64,000 nt of DNA from Staphylococcus epidermidis (lineage in GTDB: Bacteria > Bacillota_I > Bacilli_A > RFN20 > CAG-826), in the NCBI GenBank assembly GCA_945870555.1, contig CAMBSI010000001.1, positions 21,656 through 85,655 on the forward strand, in the 5' to 3' direction. The translations under genes and the position numbers were made by a program. This document shows positions 29,352-39,083 of this stretch, one piece after another. Under the pieces are notes generated by a model, which saw only the letters and a program-made list of their open reading frames with translations, did not search any database and was not told the DNA's origin. Within the stretch, counting starts at the first letter, position 1. Every line of letters starts with the position of its first letter.

Positions 29352-31748
29352 ATGAAATTTTCTTATGAATGGCTAACCAAACTTGTTGATTTAAAAGACC
29401 TTTCACCACGCGACGTCGCCAATGCTTTTGATCGAGCGGGTATTGAGGTTGAATCGGTAACACCTTTGGTCAATGCAAGCCAAATTACGACCGGTCTTGT
29501 CAAACAAAGAACCATGATTGAAGGTAGTAATCATTTATCAAAAGTCCTCGTTGATACAGGAAAGCATGGTTTAAGAACCATCGTTTGTGGCGCGAGTAAT
29601 ATTCGTGAAGGCCAAAAAGTTTTGGTCGCATTACCTGGGGCAATCCTACCTAAATTAACGATTCAAGAATCTGTGATAAAAGGTGTCACCTCTCAAGGGA
29701 TGGTTTGTGCGTTAAATGAAATAGGCGTTGATCCAAAGTTTTTGACACCGACACAACTCGAAGGCATCGAAATCTTAGATGCGCAAACGCAAATTGGCGA
29801 TGATAAGATTTTAGAAACGCTAGGTTTAAAAGACACCATCATTGAACTAAAATTACTTGCCAATCGTCCTGACCTTTGGGCCATGGAAGGAATTGCGATT
29901 GAAGTTGCTGGTTTATTAAACCGCTCCTTAATCGTTCAAGAAAAACCAAAGACTATTCCGCTAAAACCAAGCAGTTTTAAAGTCGAGATTCAAATTGAAA
30001 AAGTGAAGCAGTTTTCTATCCGCGTGATTGAAGGAATTAAACCAGCCTTAACGCCTAATTGGATGAAGCAACGCTTAATCGCAAGTGGAATTCGCCCTAT
30101 TTCTTTTTTGGTGGATATCGGAAATTATGTGATGGTCCAAACTGGTCAACCCTTACACATGTATGATCTTAAAAAATTACCGAGTAAACAATTAACGTTG
30201 GTCGATTCATCAAAAGAGAATTTTGTGGCGTTGGATGCAAAAACTTATGCTATCCAACCTGGTGATATCGTCATTAAAAGTGGCCCTAGCATCATGTGTT
30301 TAGCTGGTGTCATGGGGGCACAAACATGTGCCGTTGATGCCAACACACAAGACATTGCCATTGAGGCGGCATCCTTTGATTCAGCATCCATTCGTAAAAC
30401 CGCACTTCGGCTAAATTTAATTTCCGATGCCTCGATTCGATTTGCAAAAGGAATTGATTTAACAAACTTTGAACGTGTCTTAGCATGGACAACCCAATTG
30501 ATTCAATCGTTGACGACGATTCAAAGTGTTAGTCAATCTGTGAGCGTTAATCGTCTCGCGATGAATCCGGTTTATGTTTTATGGACAAGTGATGCCATCA
30601 ACGGCATCCTTTCAACCCGATTTACTGACAATGATATCAAACAAGCCTTATCGCGATTTGGGATTCTTTCAACGCAAGCTTCTCAATGGTATCAAGCGTC
30701 CATTCCTCCACATCGTAAAGACCTGATGGATGTTTCAGATTTAGCTGAAGAAGTCATCCGGTTGATTGGATTTGAATCCATTCAATCGACACCGATGCCC
30801 CTTCATATTCAAGCGGGTGGCTTAAGTGAAAAACAAGAAAAAATCCGTCTCATAAAAAGTTATCTTGCAAGTCAAGGTTTAGATGAAACCCTCACCTATT
30901 CTTTGGTTGAAGAACGATGGATGCAAGGTTTTCAATTGCTTCAACCATTAAAACCTTGGATTTTAAAAAATCCTTTGTCGGAAGAACGCAAACATATCAG
31001 AACCGATATCGTGGGATCTTTATTGCAAGTGGTTCAATATAACCTAGCCCGACAAGTCAATGAAGGTAAGATATTTGAAGTTTCGCAAATTTCTTACCAA
31101 GGCGGAGAAGGTTTACAATTAGGAATCGCCCTTTTTGGTGAGTCATCATTGCGATCAGCGATGCAACCTCAACCAAAAACTTTCTATCAACTCAAAGGCT
31201 TGATCGAAGGCATCCTCGATTTACTTCAAATTGAAACCACCCGTTACCAATGGGTTAGCGAACCTAACTTATCCCACATATTACATCCAGGTCGTAGTGC
31301 GGTATTGATGATTCAAAATCAACGCATCGGTGTGATTGGACAACTTACCCCGACCTTGCAAACGTCATTGGATTTAGGTAAACCACCTGTATATGTCGCC
31401 CAAGTTGACCTTTTGGCGCTTTTAGGTTTTAAGACAAGCTTATTAAAGTTAAAGGCAATACCAAGGTTTCCGTCTGTTACGAGGGACTTGGCTTTTTATG
31501 TTCCAGAAACCATCTCTTTTGCTCAGGTAGTGAAATCCGTTAAAAAAGCAGGAAAAAAACTTGTCCAGGATGTCTTGTTGTTTGATTTATATCAAGGAAA
31601 TCAACTTCCTAAGGGTCAAATTGCAATGGCGATTCGCATCATTCTATTGGATGATCAAAAAACGCTACAAGAAGATGAAATTCATCAAACAATGATGTCG
31701 ATAAAATCTAGTCTCGTTACTGAATGTCAGATTACCCTTCGAAGTTAG
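29352..31748 (+). CDS. pheT: Phenylalanine--tRNA ligase beta subunit
   Basis: IVCGASN, NRPDL, GQPLHMYD, DLAEEVIR, LHPGRSA, RFPSVTRDLA. Confidence 0.97.
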   Translation: MKFSYEWLTKLVDLKDLSPRDVANAFDRAGIEVESVTPLVNASQITTGLVKQRTMIEGSNHLSKVLVDTGKHGLRTIVCGASNIREGQKVLVALPGAILPKLTIQESVIKGVTSQGMVCALNEIGVDPKFLTPTQLEGIEILDAQTQIGDDKILETLGLKDTIIELKLLANRPDLWAMEGIAIEVAGLLNRSLIVQEKPKTIPLKPSSFKVEIQIEKVKQFSIRVIEGIKPALTPNWMKQRLIASGIRPISFLVDIGNYVMVQTGQPLHMYDLKKLPSKQLTLVDSSKENFVALDAKTYAIQPGDIVIKSGPSIMCLAGVMGAQTCAVDANTQDIAIEAASFDSASIRKTALRLNLISDASIRFAKGIDLTNFERVLAWTTQLIQSLTTIQSVSQSVSVNRLAMNPVYVLWTSDAINGILSTRFTDNDIKQALSRFGILSTQASQWYQASIPPHRKDLMDVSDLAEEVIRLIGFESIQSTPMPLHIQAGGLSEKQEKIRLIKSYLASQGLDETLTYSLVEERWMQGFQLLQPLKPWILKNPLSEERKHIRTDIVGSLLQVVQYNLARQVNEGKIFEVSQISYQGGEGLQLGIALFGESSLRSAMQPQPKTFYQLKGLIEGILDLLQIETTRYQWVSEPNLSHILHPGRSAVLMIQNQRIGVIGQLTPTLQTSLDLGKPPVYVAQVDLLALLGFKTSLLKLKAIPRFPSVTRDLAFYVPETISFAQVVKSVKKAGKKLVQDVLLFDLYQGNQLPKGQIAMAIRIILLDDQKTLQEDEIHQTMMSIKSSLVTECQITLRS

Positions 31749-31772
31749 AACAACTTACGTAAATCGCGATTG

Positions 31773-31806
31773 AAAGCAAACCCATCAAAAATGTTTGCTT
31801 TTTTTC
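31773..31806 (+). terminator. Putative intrinsic terminator after pheT
   Basis: AAAGCAAAC-N11-GTTTGCTTT followed by a T run. Confidence 0.6.
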
Positions 31807-31816
31807 TTTCGTTCTC

Positions 31817-31846
31817 TATAATAAAGGCAAGGTGGGAGGAAGTGGG
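31817..31846 (+). promoter_or_regulatory. mraZ promoter -10 plus two MraZ-binding GTGGG repeats
   Basis: TATAAT at 31817; GTGGG at 31832 and 31842 (10-nt period). Confidence 0.75.
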
Positions 31847-31850
31847 AGAA

Positions 31851-32276
31851 ATGTTTTTTGGAAGTTATCAATATAACTTAGACGATAAAGGAAGACTTGT
31901 TATTCCTGCAAAAATGCGTTCGGAATCAGGTCCAGTCCTGTTTGCAATGCGTGGATTTGAGCATTGTTTATCGCTCTACACTCAAACAACCTTTGCCCAA
32001 TTGGTGCAACAAGTGAATACGTATGACTTTAACCAAACGAATGTGCGCCAATACCTTCGTACTGCATTAGCATCTGTGATTGAGCTAACCATCGATGACC
32101 ATGGTCGTATTCAAATTCCGCTAGAAACGATTAAACAGTTTAAATTAGAAAAAACTGTAAAAATTGTTGGGATTAATGATCACCTTGAAATTTGGGGCGC
32201 AGCCGCCTGGGAAAAATACCAAACAGAAGCTGCAAATCATTTTGAAGACCATGCAGCGAATCTTACGAAAAAATAA
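31851..32276 (+). CDS. mraZ: Transcriptional regulator MraZ
   Basis: MFFGSY..NLDDKGRLVIP, IDDHGRIQIP, VGINDHLEIW; true start ATG 31851. Confidence 0.96.
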   Translation: MFFGSYQYNLDDKGRLVIPAKMRSESGPVLFAMRGFEHCLSLYTQTTFAQLVQQVNTYDFNQTNVRQYLRTALASVIELTIDDHGRIQIPLETIKQFKLEKTVKIVGINDHLEIWGAAAWEKYQTEAANHFEDHAANLTKK

Positions 32277-33211
32277 TGGAACATGAACCAGTATTACTAA
32301 GTGAAGTGATTGAAGGACTTCACATACAACCCAAAGGAATCTATCTAGATTTAACGATAGGAAGAGGAGGACACGCTAGCAAAATTTATGAAAAGTTAAC
32401 CACAGGCAAGCTCATCGGTTTCGATCAAGACGCATCTGCGATTACAGCGTTGCAACCTTGGCTGAAGGACCACCCTCGTGCACAAGTCTTCCATGAAAAC
32501 TTTGTGAATGTTGAAAGTAAATTAACGGCATTAGGCATTGACCAAGTTGATGGTATCTTGCTCGATTTAGGGGTTTCAAGTCCACAATTTGATGTTCCAG
32601 AACGTGGGTTTAGTTATCGATTTAATGGACCATTAGACATGCGAATGGATCAACGGCAAAAAATAACCGCAGCAACCTTACTTGCCACACGTGACATTAA
32701 AAGCCTTACCACCATGTTTAGAGACTATGCAGATGAAACCTTTGCATTCCCAATTGCCAAAGCGATTGTGAATACTCGAACTGAAAAACCATTACTGACA
32801 ACGTATGAATTGGTTGATTTAATTAAAAAAGTAAAACCAGCAAAGGCACTCAGCAAAAAAGGGCATCCAGCAAAACAAGTATTCCAAGCGTTAAGAATTG
32901 CAGTCAATGACGAAATCAATATGTTAAAACAAACTTTAGCATCAACAGTTCGCTTATTAAAACCTTCTGGAAGAATGGCAGTCATTAGTTTCCACTCAGG
33001 CGAAGATCGCATCGTGAAACAATGGTTTCAAAACCTCACCGTCATCGAAGGAAGTCGCAGAGGATTACAAGTTTATTTACCAAACCAACCACTCGCTTAT
33101 GCCAAAGTTAAACCCTATCCCATCCTACCAACTCAAGAAGAAATTTCTCGTAACCATCGCGCTGAGAGTGCAGTATTAAGGATCATCGAAAGGAAAAAGG
33201 ATGAAGAGTAA
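32276..33211 (+). CDS. rsmH: 16S rRNA m4C1402 methyltransferase RsmH
   Basis: HEPVLL, DLTIGRGGH, DLGVSSPQFD, FQALRIAVN, ISFHSGEDRIVK. Confidence 0.97.
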   Translation: MEHEPVLLSEVIEGLHIQPKGIYLDLTIGRGGHASKIYEKLTTGKLIGFDQDASAITALQPWLKDHPRAQVFHENFVNVESKLTALGIDQVDGILLDLGVSSPQFDVPERGFSYRFNGPLDMRMDQRQKITAATLLATRDIKSLTTMFRDYADETFAFPIAKAIVNTRTEKPLLTTYELVDLIKKVKPAKALSKKGHPAKQVFQALRIAVNDEINMLKQTLASTVRLLKPSGRMAVISFHSGEDRIVKQWFQNLTVIEGSRRGLQVYLPNQPLAYAKVKPYPILPTQEEISRNHRAESAVLRIIERKKDEE

Positions 33212-33515
33212 ACTTTATAAAACTCATCGAAAACCATCCTACTATCGCTTAAGGCGACTAGGTTATTTTTCCTTATCCTTAATGATTGCGACCATCATCG
33301 TTGTGGTTCCGATCACCCTTGCCCAAGCGAGCACATCACAAGCCTCAAATTCAAGTGCTTCATCCATGCCAATTGATAGTGAATCGAATGGTACCAGCTT
33401 AGATAGTAGTGAGTTTCAAACAAGTCAATCCACATCGTTAGATGTAGAAGAACCCTCATCGCAATCGGATAGTGCGGATGTAACGATCCCAACCCGAGTG
33501 TTGATTGAAGCATAA
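33201..33515 (+). CDS. Small single-TM protein with Ser/acidic tail, at the ftsL position
   Basis: Basic N-terminus, hydrophobic LGYFSLSLMIATIIVVVPITLA, low-complexity Ser-rich tail; overlaps the rsmH end. Confidence 0.7.
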   Translation: MKSKLYKTHRKPSYYRLRRLGYFSLSLMIATIIVVVPITLAQASTSQASNSSASSMPIDSESNGTSLDSSEFQTSQSTSLDVEEPSSQSDSADVTIPTRVLIEA

Positions 33516-33526
33516 AAGGAGATTAT

Positions 33527-33706
33527 ATGGATACGATTTCAATACAAAATACAAAAACCTTAGAAAAAGTGTTTACCAGTGAATTACAACAAAGAAAATT
33601 GCTTCGGCAAAATCGTCGGCAATTACTTCTCGGTGTTTTCATGATTACCACGATCATTTTAGGTTTATATATTTTTACACCATTATTTGAATTGATCAAT
33701 TACTAA
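33527..33706 (+). CDS. 59-aa membrane peptide resembling the N-terminal/TM part of DivIB/FtsQ (absent from the ORF track)
   Basis: AAGGAG SD; MDTISIQNTKTLEKVFTSELQQRKLLRQNRRQLLLGVFMITTIILGLYIFTPLFELINY*. Confidence 0.7.
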   Translation: MDTISIQNTKTLEKVFTSELQQRKLLRQNRRQLLLGVFMITTIILGLYIFTPLFELINY

Positions 33707-33720
33707 GCCAAGAAGGAAAT

Positions 33721-34944
33721 ATGACGAACGATATCTCAATCTTTATTCTCGAAATTGGTTCTGGAACCATTAAACTCCTTGCTGGTTATGAGCTAAATGC
33801 GAAGCCAGTTATTTTACATATTATGCAATCGGATTATCAACGCATCATAGCCCAAGATAAACTTGTTGATCCAACCAAAACCAGTTTGGTCATCAAGAAG
33901 TTAATTCGTGATATGGAAATCCATGTTGGCAAAAAGTGCGATTCCATTCAAGTCGTGCTTCCTCCGATTCATCTTGACGTCTTTCATGGTGAAAAACGTA
34001 CGAATACTGTTGACCCCAATGGCATCATTCATCCGATGGATATTCATAACTTATATTCGATGTTTCAAAAAGAATTTGTTGGCAACAATGTTGCTCAAGT
34101 ATCCATCGTTCCGATGGGTTACCAAATTGATGGGGATAAATATTCTTTAAATCCACCAGTTGGCGAGCAAACCTCCAATATTGTCTTGCAAGCATATGTT
34201 CAATATATTCATCATCATTTCTTCCAAGAAGTTTTCAGCATGTTTGAAAGTTTGGGAATCAAAGTTAAACGATATATTCTTGATGCGCAAGGCATTGCGG
34301 ATATCATTGAAACCCAATATAAAGATTTTGTCTCCTCTTATGTTTTAATTGACCACGGGGCAAATCAAACGTATTTAAATTTAATTTCTCAACATAAATT
34401 AATTCGATCTGAAGTGATAGAAAATGGATCAGAACAATTAACTGCCATCATCGCCAATCGTTTTGGCATTCAATTGAATGAAGCTCGTCAATTGAAAGAA
34501 AAATATGGATTTGAAACCAGAGAAAAAATCTTTGATGGGATGATTTATCAACACAATGGGATTGTCATTCGCCAATCCAACTTTAATCAAGTCATCAAAG
34601 AATTTTATGATCAATTGATGGAAGAAATGATGATGGTCCTACAAGAATATCGCGTCGATAAAGAAACCGTAGATTTAACTGATATGAAATTTGTCATCAC
34701 CGGTGGCGGCGCATCTTTACCTGGCATTGTCACCATTCTTAAAACCTTTGGGCGTGGTCAAGGCGTTGAAAAGCCATATATTCGGACGATTGGTGCAAGA
34801 CAAACCCAAACCCTTTCTTTGTTGGGTGGGTTAAGGTTTAGTTATCGTTATACCTTGGTCGAAGATGATGTTCGCATTCAAACCAAACTTGAACGCCAAC
34901 CGCTGTCAACGAAGCGACGATTTGTGAATTATGAAGAAGAATAA
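33721..34944 (+). CDS. ftsA: Cell division protein FtsA (divergent)
   Basis: Actin-fold motifs LEIGSGTIK, LIDHGANQT, A.QLKEKYG, ITGGGASLPG; immediately before ftsZ. Confidence 0.85.
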   Translation: MTNDISIFILEIGSGTIKLLAGYELNAKPVILHIMQSDYQRIIAQDKLVDPTKTSLVIKKLIRDMEIHVGKKCDSIQVVLPPIHLDVFHGEKRTNTVDPNGIIHPMDIHNLYSMFQKEFVGNNVAQVSIVPMGYQIDGDKYSLNPPVGEQTSNIVLQAYVQYIHHHFFQEVFSMFESLGIKVKRYILDAQGIADIIETQYKDFVSSYVLIDHGANQTYLNLISQHKLIRSEVIENGSEQLTAIIANRFGIQLNEARQLKEKYGFETREKIFDGMIYQHNGIVIRQSNFNQVIKEFYDQLMEEMMMVLQEYRVDKETVDLTDMKFVITGGGASLPGIVTILKTFGRGQGVEKPYIRTIGARQTQTLSLLGGLRFSYRYTLVEDDVRIQTKLERQPLSTKRRFVNYEEE

Positions 34945-34963
34945 AAAGGAATGAGGATACCTT

Positions 34964-36094
34964 ATGGGAAAAGAAAAGTTTATCTTGGATAATACGGAGC
35001 CAGCTGCAAGAATCATTGTGATTGGTGTTGGTGGTGGTGGTAACAATGCAGTCAATCGTATGATTGCAGAAAACATGACCCATGTTGAATTTTATGTTGC
35101 AAATACGGACAAACAAGTCTTACAAACCTCTCAAGCAAAAAATCGATTAATTTTGGGGCAAAAAACAACCAATGGTTTAGGTGCAGGTGGATCTCCAGAA
35201 GTTGGTAAACTTGCAGCCGAAGAAAGTAAAGAAGAAATCGCAGAAATTGTCAAAGGTGCCAATATGGTTTTTATCGCTGCAGGGATGGGTGGTGGAACCG
35301 GGACTGGCGCTGCGCCTGTGATTGCTCGCATCGCCCGCGAAGCAAAAGCACTCACCATCGCTATTGTCACCCGACCATTTACATTTGAAGGTAAAGGAAG
35401 AATCGCCAATTCCGTCAAAGGCCTTAATGAATTGCGTGATGCGGTCGATGCCATCATCATTGTGTCAAATGACAAATTATTGATGAGTTCAGGAAATCAA
35501 CCGATTGGACAAGCGTTTAAGCTTGCCGATGATGTGTTGGCAAGATCGGTGAAAACAGTCACAGACTTAATCTTGATGCCTTCGGTGATTAATTTAGACT
35601 TTGCCGATGTGCGAAATGTTTTGAAAAATTCAGGATTAGCCTTGATTGGTTTTGGATTAGGACAAGGTCCAAACAAAGCCTTTGAAGCTGCGCAAAGTGC
35701 CGTGAGTTCTCCTTTACTTGAATCGAGTTTAGCTGGTGCGACCAAAGCAATTGTCGCCGTCACATGTGGTCCGCTTGTTTCCTTATATGAAGCCCAAGAA
35801 ACCGTCGATCGGGTTCGCGAAATTGCGGGAACCAATCTTGATATTAAGTTTGGGGTGAATATCAACGACCAATTAACGGATCAAATCTTAGTCTCGGTCA
35901 TCGGCGCACAATTCCCTGAAGAATATGATTACACCACCGTTCCAAGTCCATTAACAAAAGGGATGCAAAATCCAGCAAAAAATGACAACGATCAAAGTAT
36001 ACTAAAACCTCAAGAATCCAATCCAAAAGTAATGAAAGTTGAAGAAGACGACGATCTATTACCAGAGTTTTTGTCAGGAAAAAAATTATCTTAA
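34964..36094 (+). CDS. ftsZ: Cell division protein FtsZ
   Basis: GVGGGGNNAV, GMGGGTGTGAAP, NLDFADV, C-terminal LPEFL. Confidence 0.99.
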   Translation: MGKEKFILDNTEPAARIIVIGVGGGGNNAVNRMIAENMTHVEFYVANTDKQVLQTSQAKNRLILGQKTTNGLGAGGSPEVGKLAAEESKEEIAEIVKGANMVFIAAGMGGGTGTGAAPVIARIAREAKALTIAIVTRPFTFEGKGRIANSVKGLNELRDAVDAIIIVSNDKLLMSSGNQPIGQAFKLADDVLARSVKTVTDLILMPSVINLDFADVRNVLKNSGLALIGFGLGQGPNKAFEAAQSAVSSPLLESSLAGATKAIVAVTCGPLVSLYEAQETVDRVREIAGTNLDIKFGVNINDQLTDQILVSVIGAQFPEEYDYTTVPSPLTKGMQNPAKNDNDQSILKPQESNPKVMKVEEDDDLLPEFLSGKKLS

Positions 36095-36136
36095 TGTCGT
36101 TATAACGTCCTTTTTAAGGTATAATCTAATCATCCC

Positions 36137-36345
36137 ATTGAAGAAGACACATTGAGGAAAATCATAGAGACTTCGTGGTTGGTGAAAACGAAGAAAACCC
36201 CCCAATATCACTTCTGAGCGTGAACTGAAATCAAGTAAGAACACCGGTTACTCCCGTTATCGAGTCCATAAGTGCGTTGCTTGGCAACGAAACAAGGTGG
36301 TACCGCGTGCAATCACGTCCTTGAACTAAAGGACGTTTTCTTTTT
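36137..36345 (+). ncRNA. T-box riboswitch (Ile, specifier ATC)
   Basis: AGAGA...GGTGAAA, ATC at 36207-36209, T-box AACAAGGTGGTACCGCG, terminator ACGTCCTT...AAGGACGT-TTT. Confidence 0.92.
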
Positions 36346-36362
36346 TTAGGAGGCATGAAGCC

Positions 36363-39083
36363 ATGGAATTAAAAGAAACTTTATTGATGCCAAAAACAAC
36401 CTTCGACATGAAGGCAAATTTGCCGATAAAAGAACCGGTGATGGTGACGTTTTGGCAAGAACATAGACTCTATGAAAAAATGCGGGAAAAAAATAAAGGA
36501 AAACCAGAATTTCAACTTCATGATGGTCCACCTTATGCGAATGGTGACATTCACGTTGGTCACATGCTCAATCGGATTTTAAAGGATATCGTGGTCCGTT
36601 ATCAAAATATGTCAGGCAAAGATACACCATTTGTGTTTGGATGGGATACTCATGGTTTGCCGATTGAAAATTACATTACTAAAAAAGGCGTCAATCGAAA
36701 GACGATGTCAGTTACTGACTTTAGAAGATTATGTGAAGAGTTTGCAAAAGAACAAGTTGAACGCCAAAAAAATCAAATTCGCCGTTTGGGTGTGATGGGG
36801 GATTATGAGCATCCTTACTTAACCTTACAACCTGAATTTGAAGCGGCTCAAATTGCAGTTTTTGCATCGATGGCATTAAAGGGACTCATTTACAAAGGCT
36901 TAAAACCTGTCCATTGGTCACCAAGTAGTGAATCTGCTTTAGCAGAAGCAGAAATTGTTTATGAAGATGTCACCGATCAAGCGATTCATGTTGGCTTTTC
37001 CGTTGTCAATGGCAAAGGTTTTTTACCTAAGGGTAGTAAAGTCGTCATTTGGACCACGACCCCATGGACGATACCCGCTAATTTAGCCATCAGTGCTCAT
37101 CCACAATTTGAATATGGTTTATATCAAACCAACCTCGGTGAATTGGTGTTTGCGGTTGCCTTAGCGCCACTTGTCAAAACCCAACTCTCACTGACCACAT
37201 GTGAATTGAAAAAGACTTTTAAAGGAAAGCTATTAGAAAACGTTGAAACCAAACATCCTTTTTATGATCGATTATCACCGATTATTTTAGGCGAGCATGT
37301 AACGAGTGACACCGGTACTGGTTTTGTCCATACCGCTCCTGGCCATGGTGAAGAAGACTTTATCGTCGGTCAAAAATATCATCTTGCATCCTTATGCCCG
37401 GTTGATAGCCGTGGCTTTATGACGGAAGAAGCAGGTCAAGATTTAAAAGGATTGTTTTACACCGATGCGAATACAAAAGTGATTGAGATGTTAACATCCA
37501 ATCAATCCTTGCTTGCGATGCATCCTTATTTGCATCCTTATCCTCATGATTGGCGAACTGGAAAACCTTTAATTTATCGAGCAACGCCTCAATGGTTTGC
37601 CTCGATCGACCCAATCCGTGAAACCTTGTTAAAAGAGATTAGCCGCGTTCATTGGACACCAAGTTGGGGTCAAGTTCGTATTCATAACATGATTAAAGAT
37701 CGAGGAGATTGGTGTATTTCTCGACAACGATCATGGGGCGTCCCGATCCCAATTCTTTACCATGAAGATGGAACCCCAATCATTGATAAGCAAGTCTTTG
37801 CACACATTCAATCGCTCATCAAAACGCACGGTAGTTCATATTGGTTTACTGCGACACCTTTGGATTTGTTACCCAAAGGTTATCGCCATGCATCTTCGCC
37901 CAATCGTCAATTTAAGAAAGAAACGGACATCATGGATGTTTGGTTTGATTCCGGTTCAAGTTCCATTGCCGTCTTAAAAGAACGCGGCATGAAGTTTCCT
38001 GCGGATTTATATTTAGAAGGATCTGACCAATACCGTGGTTGGTTTAACTCATCTTTGATTATTGCGGTTGCAACCGAAGGCATATCACCTTACCAAAATA
38101 TTGTTTCCCACGGATTTGTGGTCGATGGCAAAGGTGAAAAAATGTCAAAATCCAAAGGAAACGGTGTTGATCCCTTAAAGATGATGCAAATCTATGGTGC
38201 AGATATCATGCGATTATGGGCTGCCAGTATTGATTACACATCGGATGCTCGCGCTAGCGAAGACATTTTCAAAGGCCATGCAGAAGCGTATCGAAAAATT
38301 CGTAATACATTTAAGTTCATGCTTGGTAATCTTCATGATGGCGATAAGTTTTTTGATCCAACGCGATATCCAATTCAAGCCCATGCTTGGATTGATGACT
38401 TAATCTTAAATCAATTGAATCAAGTGACGAGCGTGGTAAAAAATGCCATGGATGCTTACAATTTTTCCGAAGCAATTGCTGCGATTTTATCTTTTATGAC
38501 CCAAGATCTGTCGGCATTCTATTTAGATATCACGAAAGACATTTTGTATTGTGAAAGCAAAACCTCGTTAAGAAGAATCCAAGTTCAACATGTTTTGTTT
38601 GAAATCACCACCCGACTACTTAAATTGTTAACACCCATCATGCCGTTTACGATGGATGAAATTTATCGCTTACTGCCAAATCAAACCTTGATTTCTTCTC
38701 AACTACTTGATTACCCGAAGTCTCCAAATTTATCTGAAGAAAAAAGTAAAGTTTATCAATCCTTTCTTGCGATCAAAGAAGTCGCAAATAAAGCATTAGA
38801 AACCTTAAGGTCGACCAACGCTATTGGCTCAGCCCAAGAAGCGAGTCTGACCTTACAAGCACCTGCGAGTTTAGCCAAAGCGATGAATGATTTACCATCC
38901 CGAGAACGGCATCGTTTATTTATTACCAGTCATGTCACGATATCGGTTGGGGCAACCATGCAAGCATCTGCCAAACCTTCTGGTGGGCAAAAATGCCCTC
39001 GCTGCTGGAACTATTTTCCAACCTTAAAAACACATCAAGAACATCAGCTTTGTGATCGTTGTTTTGATGTATTGAATGCATGA
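36363..39083 (+). CDS. ileS: Isoleucine--tRNA ligase (type 1)
   Basis: GPPYANG..HVGH, GWDTHGLP, WTTTPWT, DWCISRQR, KMSKS, C-terminal CPRCW zinc finger. Confidence 0.98.
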   Translation: MELKETLLMPKTTFDMKANLPIKEPVMVTFWQEHRLYEKMREKNKGKPEFQLHDGPPYANGDIHVGHMLNRILKDIVVRYQNMSGKDTPFVFGWDTHGLPIENYITKKGVNRKTMSVTDFRRLCEEFAKEQVERQKNQIRRLGVMGDYEHPYLTLQPEFEAAQIAVFASMALKGLIYKGLKPVHWSPSSESALAEAEIVYEDVTDQAIHVGFSVVNGKGFLPKGSKVVIWTTTPWTIPANLAISAHPQFEYGLYQTNLGELVFAVALAPLVKTQLSLTTCELKKTFKGKLLENVETKHPFYDRLSPIILGEHVTSDTGTGFVHTAPGHGEEDFIVGQKYHLASLCPVDSRGFMTEEAGQDLKGLFYTDANTKVIEMLTSNQSLLAMHPYLHPYPHDWRTGKPLIYRATPQWFASIDPIRETLLKEISRVHWTPSWGQVRIHNMIKDRGDWCISRQRSWGVPIPILYHEDGTPIIDKQVFAHIQSLIKTHGSSYWFTATPLDLLPKGYRHASSPNRQFKKETDIMDVWFDSGSSSIAVLKERGMKFPADLYLEGSDQYRGWFNSSLIIAVATEGISPYQNIVSHGFVVDGKGEKMSKSKGNGVDPLKMMQIYGADIMRLWAASIDYTSDARASEDIFKGHAEAYRKIRNTFKFMLGNLHDGDKFFDPTRYPIQAHAWIDDLILNQLNQVTSVVKNAMDAYNFSEAIAAILSFMTQDLSAFYLDITKDILYCESKTSLRRIQVQHVLFEITTRLLKLLTPIMPFTMDEIYRLLPNQTLISSQLLDYPKSPNLSEEKSKVYQSFLAIKEVANKALETLRSTNAIGSAQEASLTLQAPASLAKAMNDLPSRERHRLFITSHVTISVGATMQASAKPSGGQKCPRCWNYFPTLKTHQEHQLCDRCFDVLNA

